A stretch of DNA of 59,410 nucleotides, the filler included, from Catajapyx aquilonaris (taxonomy: Eukaryota): NCBI GenBank assembly GCA_000934665.2. It is 3 parts of 3 records of this genome, joined end to end, with 100 filler letters (N's around TTAATTAATTAA, not from the genome) between each part and the next. Parts side by side here need not be neighbours in the genome. Positions count along the whole stretch, not along the records: positions 1 to 19,617 come from JYFJ02006427.1; 2 more parts are not named here. One strand, written 5' to 3'. Positions within the stretch are counted from its first letter, which is position 1. Each line of letters starts with the position of its first letter. Below are positions 1-13,300 of this stretch, one piece after another. Position numbers and translations under genes: made by a program. The notes below the pieces were generated by a model. The model saw only the letters and a program-made list of their open reading frames with translations. It was not told where the DNA came from and did not search any database.

Positions 1-203
1 ACCTTGCAAACCACGACGTCGTGGCGACCTTGCAAACCACGACGTCGTGGCGACCTGACTAGCCCACCTCGCAGAGACATCGTTTTTGAAACAAATGAGA
101 GCTCGCTGCGAGCTCACATTTTGCGATGTACAACCTAGCTGCCAGGTCGCAATTTGCGAGGTCCTGTGACCTCGCCACGAGGTCGCGAGAATTTTGGTAA
201 GGG
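1..203. mobile_element. End of a putative non-autonomous DNA transposon (CACTA/EnSpm-like) with palindromic subterminal repeats
   Basis: A 26-nt unit ACCTTGCAAACCACGACGTCGTGGCG occurs twice and contains the palindrome CCACGACGTCGTGG. Further GCGAGGTC/GACCTCGC motifs follow, ending in ...TTTTGGTAAGGG (CCC-type terminus on the - strand). The other end is outside the window. Confidence 0.4.
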
Positions 204-3200
204 ATGCATTGCATAGGAATTTCAGACGTCAAAATGACAACAACGGCCTATAATGAAAAGGACTCTGCTGGTAGCCTATATCAGCAGAGAGCACACCAGC
301 GGTTAGACAACCTATCCCAAGCAACGTCTCATTATGCGTCAAGTGATCCGCATTTCACCCTAGATGGGTGGTGTATCGCCCACTGTAACTAACTCGCGTC
401 TCCTCCTAATGAATTTATAGGGGCCGTAAAAGTGATCATCCCATAAATGGCAACGAAATGAATGGTCCGCATCAGAGAGGCCAAACCTTCCTCCTTGGTC
501 CACGTCTCTCTTTCCTTCCGGCACACCACCCATAAGTCACACCAGTCCATCCTATTCCCCCCAATAGGCCTATGCAAAAAACTTGACATTTAAACTAAGC
601 ATTCCCTCGGGTGCGCCTATAATGCATATTTATAATCCCTGGGCCCAGCGAGTTAGGCCTCTCCCTATACACCTCTTCTCTTTTTTTTAACTCTCTCTGG
701 AAGAGGAGGAGGTGGAGCGGGGGTTGTCTCGAATGAGGAAGGAAAGCTCCATTTGCCTTATAGGTTTGCACCCCCTCCCCCCAACCCGACCCAAACTACC
801 CCCCGACGCCATGTTTATAACGCCATCTGGTTACAGATCCCAGATCCAGCTCGGGAAAGATGATGGATGGCCCCTAGGCCCTAGAGAAAACGGGCTCTTG
901 GGACCCTCTCTTCTGGGTTTAGAACCTTCTCAACTACTACGTGGGAAAGTTTTGAGGTGGGGGGAGGGGAGGGGGCAGGAAGGGAAGGGAAGGAGGGGGG
1001 TAAAATGGCGAATTGGAGAGATGCCTCTTCGCCTCTTTAAACCATAACTTGGATTTGCCTGGGCGTTCATAAAACATGGATGGAGCACTCCAAGTAATGA
1101 AATATCACTTGAGCACTGGGTCACACCTCTAACAAGCTTTGCTATCTAGAGGAGGGAGAGGGAGAGGATGGGGGCGTTGTTAGGTGTATATGGTGAGGGG
1201 GGGGGGGGGTTGTTGCATTAGTAATTTTATTCACGTGGCCCTCCGTGCATGAGCTCGAGATTTAAATTGCCTGTCAACTCCAAGCCAAAATGCTCTTATG
1301 TCAAGCCAAGTTAATAGGCCTAAAATGCGGGGGTGTGTAGCCTATCGATTTCAACGCCTGCAGGGGACACTATATGCTCCTGCTGCCTCCCCAGTTCACA
1401 CCAACAGCATTCTCAAGTAAGAGGGCCTTCAGCTATATTTTCTAAATCCCCCCCCCCCCCCAAGAAACCCAGCAGCATATAGCATACCTTTGTATACGTG
1501 CATGATGTTGGCCTTTTTACTGCGGGTGGCAATAAGTTTGAGACGTATGATGAAATGCATGCTTGGACACAATGGTGGGAGGGCCTATAGTTTCCACCTC
1601 ATCAAAAATACATTTGCACGCGTCCAATAGGCAGTGGCAAGTGCAGACCGGCTATTTTCATGACAGCGGCCATCTGCAGCACACAGCAGAACAACGGGCC
1701 ATCCGGGCCATAGGGGGTGAGCTTGATCGAAACAAATTAGGTGTATCGTGAGCTTGTTCAAAAGAAGAAACTTAATGGCCGGCTCCATAAAGTGTCCAGG
1801 CCACTTATATAGATCCGGTGGACAACAAGTATAGTATCCTCCCATGATTACACACCCGTCCAATCCATTTATGGCGCGGTTCAAACTTCGCTCCAAGTAA
1901 CTTTTTGGGCCCTGGCTGTTGCCACAACACAACTTTGCTTCGGTAGCGATATTGAATGAGCTGATATTGACAAACGAGGCAGTAATAACACATTGGTACT
2001 TCTCTCTCTCGACAGGGTGTTTTTGTAATGTATCTGACAAACATTTGGTTCCTAGAACTGGATAATCATTTTGTGTGTTCGTTTGGCCTGGGCGGCTCTG
2101 TATATTGATAAACAGTGGGATTCAAATAGACTTGGGCACCGAACCACCCTGTGTATATGACCGGGGAGAGTTGCGGAGAAATGTCCCGGAACTAAATTTA
2201 GTGTCGGTGTCGGTGGTGGCGACGTCACAGTTTCTAAAGGCTTGCGGCTTTTGAGGGGGGATGAGGACTTATTACCAATTGGATTGGTTTCTTCGGGAGT
2301 CTGAATAATGGAATTTGTCTGAGGCGATTATCGCATGAAACATGAAGCATCTGAGGGCGCCTCTAATAATTCACGGGTTTTCAAGGGGGGGGGGGGGAGT
2401 ATGTACGCTTTGTACGAAGAGGTGATGGCAATTTCATCGGAATTATATTTTTGGGGGTTATGGAAGGAGTCAGGGCGAAAGTTTGGTCAAATTATAGCCA
2501 GAAAGGGCTGGTGAATTAAGAATGAGGGAAGATTAAGTGGGCAATGTTAAGTGGAGTTGATATCTAAATGAGAAATTGGTTTTTTTCTTTTACTGAGCTG
2601 TGTAATACTGTATGGGGGAAAAAAGTTTAAGCCAATCCTATCCTTGCGCTACACCAGCGAGGAGTGCCAACATTATCACTGATGTTTCATTATTTCAACA
2701 GATTTCAACAATCAGCAGGGAACGAAGCACAATAGAAATGGGCATTGTTACTAAGAGAATGCAAATTCATAATGCCCTTTCATTCCGCTGGTCTATGCGT
2801 ATGGAAAAACCCGATTTCGGATCTTCCTGTTTGGCAAAAAAAAAAAAAAGTTTTATTATCCTCACAAAGCCTCGGTGCCATAAATGCACTCTTTCGTTGC
2901 GCAATTGCTAATGATGGATCATGTGTTGCAATAAGTGTGGCGACGAAACCTTGCCGTTTTTCACTCCATGCAGCCCAAAGAACCGCAGCACTCTTTCATA
3001 CACCGGAATTAATTTGGGGAATGCGGTTAGTACCCGCCATAAGTAAAAGGCTGGAGACCTCTGGTGCTGCAGCATAAGGCCAGGCAAATGAAAGAGCAGC
3101 AGGCAAGTGATCCCATTTCCTTGCAGGAGGCCACCAATCCGCCATCTCATTCCGCTCGGCACCGTTATAAATGCAAGGGAAGAGGATAAAGGGAATATCA

Positions 3201-6200
3201 AGGGTGGGAGGGAGGAAGAGAGGCCACTGATTTATTCATCACCCGGTGGAACTGCTGCCTATACTACACACTGTATAGTCGAGTACTATGCACGAGAAAC
3301 ACGAGGCCATCCAAGCACTCAATATACAATCCTGCTGGCTGCTAAGAGAGAAACTTGGGAACGTATAATACAAGGTAGAAGAGGGAGGGGGGTGTGGGTG
3401 TGGTAAAGAAAACATTGATTTCTGAATTCATTACTGAGTAATACGGGCAGACGAGAGATCGGGCCTTATTATTAGGGGAAGCGACACCGAGCCCTAACAG
3501 CGGCCCATATTAGTTATTAGCGGCCGTACTTTTACAACCGTGGATGGTCCAATCCTGTATATGAAACGACGACGCCTCCTTCCCTCTTATTCCCCCGTTG
3601 ATTTCGTCTGCTGGCCTAATGAATGTTAAATGGGGCGCTTGTGCTTCCCCCTGCCATATACTTCAACTGCTCGCAGAAGCACAGAGCCTTGTTAAGAATA
3701 TTACTTCTTGCAAATGAATATGAGGTGGATTGCTGGGAGGGTAAAAAAAATGAGGCTGCTGTTGGAATAGGGACGGGTGGAGTGACAAAGGAGAGGATTT
3801 GAAACTGAAGGACGCCGACGGTAAATTGCGGCTTGTCAGGACGGCACGATGATGATGGGCTGCATGAGGAAGAGAGAGCTTGATAGGAAAGGAAGAGAGC
3901 TAGAGAAAAAGAGGTAATGGGCGCCGTTTTATTCTCAGAGTGCGCTTTTTTGGGGAGGGTATACTTCTGCTATAGGAAACGACGACGTCCTTTTTAAGCT
4001 AAATCGGTTAGTATAACTAACAAGCTGGTTCATATATGCTTTAAGTGGTTATTTAGAGGAGCATTGGCCTTGTTTCGTCTAGATATTTCTAAAATCGTAA
4101 TTCTACTAGCGACAATGATTTTCAAACGTGCCACAAAAGGTTGTTCTCTTAAAAGGCCCAATGTGCACTGTGTGCAATACAGAAAATATAACATAAAATA
4201 TACCGACGTAAGTAATTGCACTGAATGGCTGAAATTAAGTAGCAATAAAATTTCAATTTAAAAAAGTAATAACTGGCTTCGTTAGCATGTTTTTGCATCT
4301 TGCACACAATAGTTACTGAAGCCAAACGTTGTTACAATTTGTAATTAATATGCTTTGCAGGTAGTTCTGCAAGTCAAGAACAGACTTCTAGTTAGCAAAC
4401 AAAAAAAAAGAAGTCGGCAAAAATCAAGGCTTCATTAAGAGAGCCTGGGCGTAATGTAGTTAGCCTGTGAGGTGTGTTGCTTCCAGGGAGAAAGGAATAA
4501 GGGAAAGGAAAAGCCACCCACGCCGATGGGTGAAGCCGCGCGTCTTTTTCTCTTTCATTCCTTATGGGGGCCTCCCTACCTGGCGGCCCGAATTAACTTC
4601 TGTTTGCTCTGGAGAACGTTACAACCGTGGCAATTATGTTATCTATCAGAAGAGAAGAAGGACCCAAAAGAGAGAAAGAGTGGCGCGGTCTTTTGGAAGG
4701 AGTGGGTGGGGTGGGTGGGGGGCCTAAGGCGCCCAAAACTTTCCGCCTCCTTTCAAGGTTTTCACCAAATTAGGGACCGGGAAAAGGTTTCAAACACCCC
4801 ACCTCTGATTACCCTTTCCATCACACTAATAGGACTCATCATTGCACGTCGGGAAGCTTAAGACAAGAACGGCCCAAGTCCTCAAGATGTTTTCAGAATA
4901 ATGTCATATTTCAGAATATTATTAACATGAAATGAAAAAAAAGTTGTTTATTGCGTAGCAGGCTATAGAGCGGTTTAGCAATATGTAACGTGTAACTGAC
5001 ATGCAACCAGGTGTTGCTCAAAAAATTGCACATTTGGTGGTTATACTCTACTGGACAATGAGTCATATATAGGAACAGTTGTCAGCAGAGAGGTCAATAG
5101 AGTACCTGCACCATATATTATTGCTTTTTACTTGCACGTAAGGATTTTTGTCATTTAATATTTTAGTGCCGGTAATCACTGCTGGGCCGGCCATTCTCTG
5201 CAAAGCGTAATTGAAAAATGCATACACTACAGAATACACATTATTGCCTTACAGACCGGCAACAAAGGAAATATCAACACAAGCAATAAAACAACTCCAA
5301 TATTATATTTTAATGCAGTGTAAGAAGGAAACATCCCACATTCATACATAAGAAACTGTCATCAACAACAAATTATAACAACTCACAGCGTCTGTACAAA
5401 GATCCTACTATTATACTTGATTATGAATATTAAGAATTTATTTCTTCTCGTAGTTTCTGAAAATATATTTTAAATTAATTTCACGGTGCACACGATTGTG
5501 TGGAAAAATGCATAAAAAGGTAAAAACACTCACATTGTCTTCAACAATTTTGTAACATTTTACTTGCTAGCTCAGGAGGCAAAAAAAAACCAAAAATGTT
5601 TAACAGTTAACAGAATGATGTGGCTCTATCTTCACCATGCGCCCCTTTTTATTATCGCTCACTATCGCCCGGTTGCTGACCTGCGGCCATAAATAGGCTT
5701 ACAACCCGGAGATACATCTTTTTGTGCACATTTCCAAGCCGGAAAATTAATACTTACAGCTTTAGACACTGAGGTAATTAATAATAATGAGGGCCAAGTT
5801 GTAATGGGGCAGTTTATGGATGAGGATTGCCGAAACTGCGCGAGTTTTCTGCGGTTTATTGGCAGAGGTAAATGCCTGCTGCTGTGCCCCCTTTTATATT
5901 GCTCGCATTATCCGTGTCTGGTGCGGTAATTGAAAGTCTGGAATCAAATTGCGTAGCCGGTAGCTGTGCTAATAGCCTTGCACATCAGGCCGTAAATATT
6001 TGTTGTTCCACGTTCACTGGCAATCCAGCAACACATGACAAGCTCATATTCGGTCGTGTCATTATTTTTCCCTGGCAGTTAGGGCCGATCATCTCCAACA
6101 CGGTTTTTGTATTAAGAAGACAAATGGTTTGTCCCCGTCATTATTCGGAGGCAATATCTGCCAGCAATTGGTATTCCGAACACTTTTTGATGACTTCGCT

Positions 6201-6907
6201 TTTCCAGATGACTCCCAACAAGTAACCCTGGAGGACCTCCCACCTCTTTCCCTTTGTCCTTTCGACTCGGAACAACGCCTGACCACAGTCGTAATGAGAC
6301 TGTTTTGTGTGTGTTTTTGAAAGCACACCGGAGGTATGTAAAAAAAAGGTCGCCCACACACGGTGGGATGCTGCTTTCAAGACAGCAGAGAAAAAGATCT
6401 ACACACCAAAAACTCTAGTCTAATCGCCATTCTGCGCACGCAAACATCTGGAAATTGTTGCTGGATGCAATTACCGCATGTTTTATGTGGTCCTCCGCCC
6501 CAGTCGAGTGAGCTTCACCACCTTTCATGTCGCAATGTCCGTCAAGTGTCAGGCTCCGCAATTAGGCCGGGAAGTCACACCAATTTTTTTTTACATCTCA
6601 TTGTTGCATTTCTTAATCACAATAAGGCCATTTGCCATGCCTCATCGAGGATGCATATAGCACATGGAGCGTGAAGCGTCTCCAAAAAAACGTGATGGAA
6701 AAATGTTTGTTTCTAATGTTAATTATTGCGTTTCGTTCGTGACGGAATAAAGTTTGAATAACAATCGGGTTTTAACAGAGCGGAGATTTCCGCAGCGGAA
6801 CGGTAAGATAGTCACGGCACCGAAAAAATGAAAGCCTCGAATTTTGAGATTTTAATTATATATATTTATTCAAAAGTGTCACTACACAGATTTTTATAAG
6901 CTAGGTA

Positions 6908-7302
6908 CAGGGTGGTGGACTGCCACTATAGTGGTCAACAGAAGCCAAGGAGAAATTATTAACTATGTTTATTCCATCAATTTCCCGACAAGTCAATATA
7001 GTTGTTTATAGCAGGTTTTTAAGACGAGCCAATCCAGCAGAACTTGTGGAATAAATTGTTGTCTTATTAATATTCCAGCAATTTTATTCATTCTCTACTT
7101 TAAATGGGAGTAATATTAAGTCCAATTTCACCGCTTTCAACGTGTATAGGCTACTCATTATAACTTTTTGTCAATTGAATTCCGATGTTGCTCACATAGA
7201 TTGAAATATTTAATCTAAATGCTGGATTTAAAAATGTAGTTCTCTCTACAGTGTATAAACTGAGTGAAAAACAGCTCAAAAATTATTTTTTTGACCACCC
7301 TG
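6908..7302. mobile_element. Tc1/mariner-type MITE
   Basis: TA-CAGGGTGGT...ACCACCCTG-TA: short terminal inverted repeats with TA flanks and an AT-rich non-coding interior. Confidence 0.45.
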
Positions 7303-10300
7303 TATACACTCTTGTGTTTCCGGAAACTCCTTCGAATTAGAAAGGCCACCCGGACGCGATGAAGGCGATGTTAACCACTTTTAAAGCAAATATTTGAGCG
7401 CCACTGCCGACAGCTCAAAAGCCGCCTAAGAAAAGAGAGAGAGAGAAAAAAAAGAAGTGGAGAGCGAATTAAGGGGACATTTTACACCCAAACGGGGCTA
7501 AAAATCCAGAGCCTGGTCATCATTAGGTAGGTAGTCGGAAGGTGAATTGGACGGTGGGTTGGTTTTGAAGGTATTAATTCTGGGCTGAGTGCGCCGTCGG
7601 GCACGCCCCTCATCCCTCCTATTATCTGGAGGGGGAAATATTTTGGAAAGGGGGGGAAAAAAGTTGAATGGGGGGGATAACCTCCCACGCTCAAAATCAT
7701 TCCATAACTTCCTCCAAAGTTCTGAGAAAAAAAAATTAAAGATAAGGGGCACTACTTTTGGGGGGGAAACCCAACAATCACAATGCGGACTTGTGACCGC
7801 TTTTCCGGTTTTTTTTCGAGCGACTCACACTTTTTTTTTAGGTAGAAAAATTACTTTAGTGTTCTGTCATTATACCTGGAAGTATATAGGCGACGACGGT
7901 CTCCAGTCAAACTAATGGTGCAGGGACATGGAAAGTGTGTATTGAGAGAATCTTGCGAAACCTTTTTTCTCTCTCTCTCTCCCCTTGACCTTCTACTGGT
8001 GCTGGACATGTATTTTTTACAAAGTAATTTGTCCCCGTTGCCTGTCGGAAGAGACAGAAAGAAAAAAAAGAAATTGGGGTGAGAAGCTGAATGTTTGATG
8101 TGTTTGGTCTGTGGGGGCATTAAGCTTTGGCATAATGTACGGTCTCATTTGTCATTACACTTGACACTAATTAGGACCCGAAATTCAATGGATCAAATCC
8201 TAACCTAACATTAACGGCACGTTTTATGTACAAAGTTTCACATGCAACTGGAGATGGTATTATAGAAATCAGAAATACCATTTGCCTTTTTTACCCTCTC
8301 AGGTTGTACATAATTGCAAGTCATTTACTGTCGCGCTTTTAGGTATCACAAAATCATGCAATGTTGTTCTTATCAGGACTGGGAACAAAATGTCCATTTT
8401 CTCACACATATATTCTTCAGAAAGCACATCGCGTCGTTTTTATGTAAAAAAAAAAGTAAGCTCAAAGAGGTGGCGCCCAAACCATGTCTGGTCACTTCTA
8501 AAAACCCCTGAACCGCCAAGTTCCATCAAAAAACCTCTTATCAGTCTGGAGTGATTCAAAATAGACAGGCGTCGCCATGTCAAAAGCAAGTGGTCATTAT
8601 TTTAAATCAAGCGACCAGTTTTTTCCTCTTAAAAGTGTGTATACTGTGCTGTGTGTGTGTGAGGTAGGTATGTGGATGGATTGGAAAGAAGAAGAAGAAA
8701 AAAAGCCTCTGTTATGTGGACAGTGTTCGTCAAATTGCATCACTTAAAGAGGCCGAGTATATTTCTGGTTTTTGGGGGCTGAGGACAAGAGATTTCGTTT
8801 TTGGAGCCCTGGTTGTATCAGTGTGACCCGCGCCTAGATGGCGTAGTCAGATAATGAAAGACTCACCTCGGGTTCCGTGCGGCGGAAGGAACCGTTAATG
8901 GACCATAAAATGACAGGCTGGAGTCTTCAGAAATGAGGCGGTGTTTCTTCTTCTTCTTTAGATGGAGACCAAAGTCAGGGCGAGCCAGCAAGAAGGTCTA
9001 GTCAGGTTATGGCCACGACTTTTTTTTTTACCTGTGTACTCACATCACAGCGCAAGTTGGGAGAGAAAGATCTTTGCTTTTTTTGTGTACTTCATCTCTT
9101 AAGGACGAGGAGGCCGGATTGCAAGAGTTGGCTTTTCTTGGAACTATTAAAAGAAGCCTCCAGACATGTGACACACTCTGAAAATATGCGGCTCATTTCA
9201 GAGGGCATAAACATACTAATACTGTAATTAAATATTTGCTAATAAATGTCTATAAAAGGTTATGTAAATCGACTGGTTAGAGAGAAAGAGTGGACACTTT
9301 TTGCCAGCACTGTTACTTGCCCTGAACTTGTCCTGTTTGTCCGATGAAAGTGAACACTACATCACGTCGCACTTATTATAAAGACTAGCCACCGGTTTGT
9401 GAAAATTGAGTTAGCTCCCGTTGCATCATTCCAATAGCAAAAAAAAATTACGACTCAATCATGCCCATTGGGCTTGCCAGGAAAAAAAATGGTCGCCTTT
9501 TTTGACGACAGGTGTTGAAAAGCAATCCCTTCCGAATGCTTCTTGCTTGAAAACCGTCCCGGAGGGCAATGAAAGGCGGGGAAGGAAAAAAGAAGAAGAC
9601 CAAGAACCTATAGCTAACTTGAAAAAAAAGCAAGTAGAGAGGTTTTAAAAAAATGAACTTGTCGGCTCTTGGGTGGCAGGATGACCAACCCCTAATTAGT
9701 GGATCCGCCCTTACCATTGATGACCACATCCCCTGATTTACGAGGTGTAAGAAAAGGGCATCAGTTGAATGAAGGAGAAACCTTCTGGGTTTGCCACGGC
9801 CATTAATCTTGACAGCCAGAGAGTGTTACTCTGGAAAACCAGGGGTGGGTTTGGGGAGAGGAGGAGGAGGAAGGTTGAGGGGGGGCCAAGATTGATCTTA
9901 ATGGGGATGGGCCATGGACCATCATCGTCACAGGCTCCTGGTCTTAATTCCAGTGATATGCTCCGGATCTTTGCATCAGTACCACTCTATAGGAAATGTG
10001 TGGACTTGAAATTGAAGCCGGATATTACATGCTAATTGCACGGAGAGGGTAATTGAAGGGATGCTACTGGTTTGCTGCCTGTTATTTGATGCGCCCGCTT
10101 TGGGAGTTAGGGGAAAGGGTGAAATGGATCGACCCTTTTCGATCAACTTTTATATATATGCAAAGCAGCTGGAATTTCAGGAAAATTTTCCTGCGTTTTG
10201 GCAGCTGAACCGTGGCTGCAGGACATGATTGTTGCTCCGATTTGCGGCGAAAATGGGAGGAAAAATAAAAGGGCTGATAACCACCGGAATAACTTGAACT

Positions 10301-13300
10301 GCCAGCAAAATTATATGCTGATTTTTAGAGCAGCCACAATGGATCACCCCAGTATTTTTTTAAACCCGTTTGTTGGTACCGGTATATTATTATGATGAGC
10401 ATTTTATTGCAAAATTAATACTTGTTCAGAAGTGGAAGTTATTATCGATACACACTGGCTATACACTAACTCTATATTTTAATAGGGTGATGGTTTAAGT
10501 TGTGAATAGGTTATATTGTCGCTTCTAACAGTTGAATCGAAGCAGCAGACTTCTCCTCTATTGCCAATCCCTGTACTTAAGACACGAACTGAACTTTTAC
10601 AATCCCGCCTGAAAAGCGCAGGCGTCCAAGCAGGTGATGAAGGTTGCAATTTTGGAATTGCCGAACTTTGTCATTTCCCTTTTTTCCCCCCCAGCAGCAT
10701 TTGGCTTCCGTGCGCCTGTATTTTTTCCCCCCACTTTCTTATATTCTGGTCATTCGCTATATAATGACAGCTCTTGAATATACGTAACAGGCAAAGGACG
10801 TAACTGCAGCTGCAAATGAATCCAACCAGCTCCAAAAATTTCCAACCCAGCTTATGTCCAGTATTTGGCATGAGTAAACCAAATTGTGATTGCCCGTAAT
10901 AATAACAGTCGAGCAAATGAGGCAGCACCCCCCTCCCCCTATTATCCACCCCTCCCTCCCCCCTCTATCCCTATGAAACTGCTTTCCAACTTGATTGCAT
11001 TCTAAGCTAATTAATTCTGGCCGCAGCTATTTTTCATCCTCCGCCGGCGAGTATGGGCCTCCAAATGATTCTTTAATGGGCTTAGCCCTTGGAGAGACTC
11101 AATTAGGCAGCTGGGCTTTGCGACAATGATGTAGGACAGAGGCCAGGCCTCCGAAATGAAATTGGAGTGACAGGGCTGGGAGATGGGCTGGCTGGGATGG
11201 AGGGGGGAAGGAGGGAGGGGGGGAAGAGGGAGGGAAGGGAGCCAATCCCCGCATTTTCATCAGTTTTCCGGAGGCTGCTGGATTGTCTGATTCTGCACGA
11301 TGCGCCGTGTTATGTTCAGGATGCGGCGCAACTTAACCTGAACCCATTGGTTCACATGGTCGCAATTCAAATACTGGCGCCATATTGAGTTAGGGTTACC
11401 GTACATGCAAAAAAAAGTTTGGGCTTACATTCGGATTTAAGATTGGTGCAACAATTACAGACGAAATTATCCTATAGTTGATTTTGGCTATTTAGGCTTC
11501 ATTTTGTAGATAATCGCTTGTTAATTTTTAAGGCTCATCCTGCAGGCCAAGCAACCAGCCTCAACACAGCCTAATCTTCATAAATTTGCACAATTATCGT
11601 ACCAGAGCCTAATTTTGCAATATAAATATTACCAAACTATAGCAGGCAAAGCCATATAGGAAGCGTTGAAAATTTGTAGAGTAAACGCGTGAAACTTTGC
11701 TGTATATAATTATGCACAATTCGGCATAAGGGAAGCAATAATGTGAATTTGCATAGTCGCCAATGATGCCAATTGACAGGGCGTTGGGATTGGATGTTAT
11801 GAATACATTACACACAACCCGAGGGCGCCAAGCAAAACCTGTGCCATAAAGTCGGTGTGGAGAAACTGGTTCAAGTACAACACGATTGTCCGATTTGTAT
11901 GTATATAGAGAATAATTGAAGTAGTGTGACCGGACGATTGTTGTTATCAAGTGGTTATTACAATCAATTAAGAGCGGGAGCAAAAGAGAGCCGGTTATGA
12001 TTAGCATAAAAATGTGTCGCGCCAGATTCTTCGCCAATTGTGCTAAAAACTGGGCAGGTGCGAAGATTTTGCGTGATGCGATGTAATTATTATCCGAATT
12101 CACACGTCCGCAGACTTTTGAAGCTCAGCAGCGCTGTGAGAAATCCTCACCTTACCAAGATGTTTATTTTTTGTGCCAGGCAACATGTATGAGGGGTGTT
12201 AGCGAATTTTTTTAACGAAAAAATCGCGTGTGTTAAGAAGTGAAGAAACAGGGCGTTCCTGGGATTCCGGGGTTACGTTGTCATGAGCTGACGAGCAAGA
12301 CTTTTCCACACGGGGCGGGGGGGCAGGCAGGGAAAGGGGCTCTCCCGGATGATCCCTCCGGGGAGAACCTACAGACAAACCGTAACTCAATTACGACCAA
12401 AGTCCCGCACCGGATGAAAGGCTCAACGTCACTCCTTTTTTTCCCTCCCTTCCGCTTCCCTATACAGAAAAAGTGTGTGACACAAGAGGTCCGCCATGTT
12501 GTTGTTGTCACTCCCTTCCAATAAAACCCGCAACACAATAGCAACCGAAACATCTCTCCGAAGAGTCTCTTTTTTAGTTGAGGGGAAGGCTGGGGAGGAA
12601 ACTAACTAACTAACTAACTAACCCTCCTCCACCTGCACTCCCCAAACTCCCCGAACCAACGGGGATCCATCCCGAGAGATTTTGCTGCTCTTCGCGATAA
12701 TGCAATCACTGGAAATTAATTTTGTATAGACCCAACGGGTGGGGGTGGGCTGCGGGTAAAGCCAGTGCGAATAAGGGTGGGGAGGGAAATGGTGGGGGAG
12801 GGGGAATGGTATAGCAACGGCCAGGCAACAGCAATTTGGGGTAATGACTGGGGAAACTTCATTTTCCTAGTACTTCTAGAAAAACGAAACGACGTCACGT
12901 GTGAACACTCCCAGATTTGGGATGTGTGACCATTAATATCCATTTAGGAATACGCATCTGGCTGAAATGAACCGGGACACTGATGCAAAGCGGAATGAAG
13001 CACCCGATTTCATTAGGCTGGAGCTCGGACCCGTTCCGACTAATTTATTGACGCTGCTTCTGTAGAGTAAAAGGCAGACGCCATTATGCTGCGAGTTGCG
13101 CAACATTATGCTTCGGGGAACATATATAATCAACCGAGGCCTGAATTTATGGTTATTACAGGTTGAAGTTGGCATCCAGCATATAAAGGTATAAGGATCC
13201 CTGCTGCTGCTGGTTAGCCTCAATGAACCTGATGGCAAAATGGATTTAAAGCTGACGCAATTAAATGGTCCGGACCCCCCTCCACCTGAAATTACGTACC

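Noticed and set aside
1..60. CRISPR-like repeat (also 45440-45810)
   Set aside because: Adjacent tandem units without unique spacers, eukaryotic context and no cas genes.
1585..2040. 151-aa ORF and other short ORFs in 200-15900
   Set aside because: No domain similarity recognised; many run through homopolymer tracts.
11609..12103. 164-aa ORF on the - strand
   Set aside because: Non-ATG start, no recognisable motif or splice structure, composition typical of a chance ORF.
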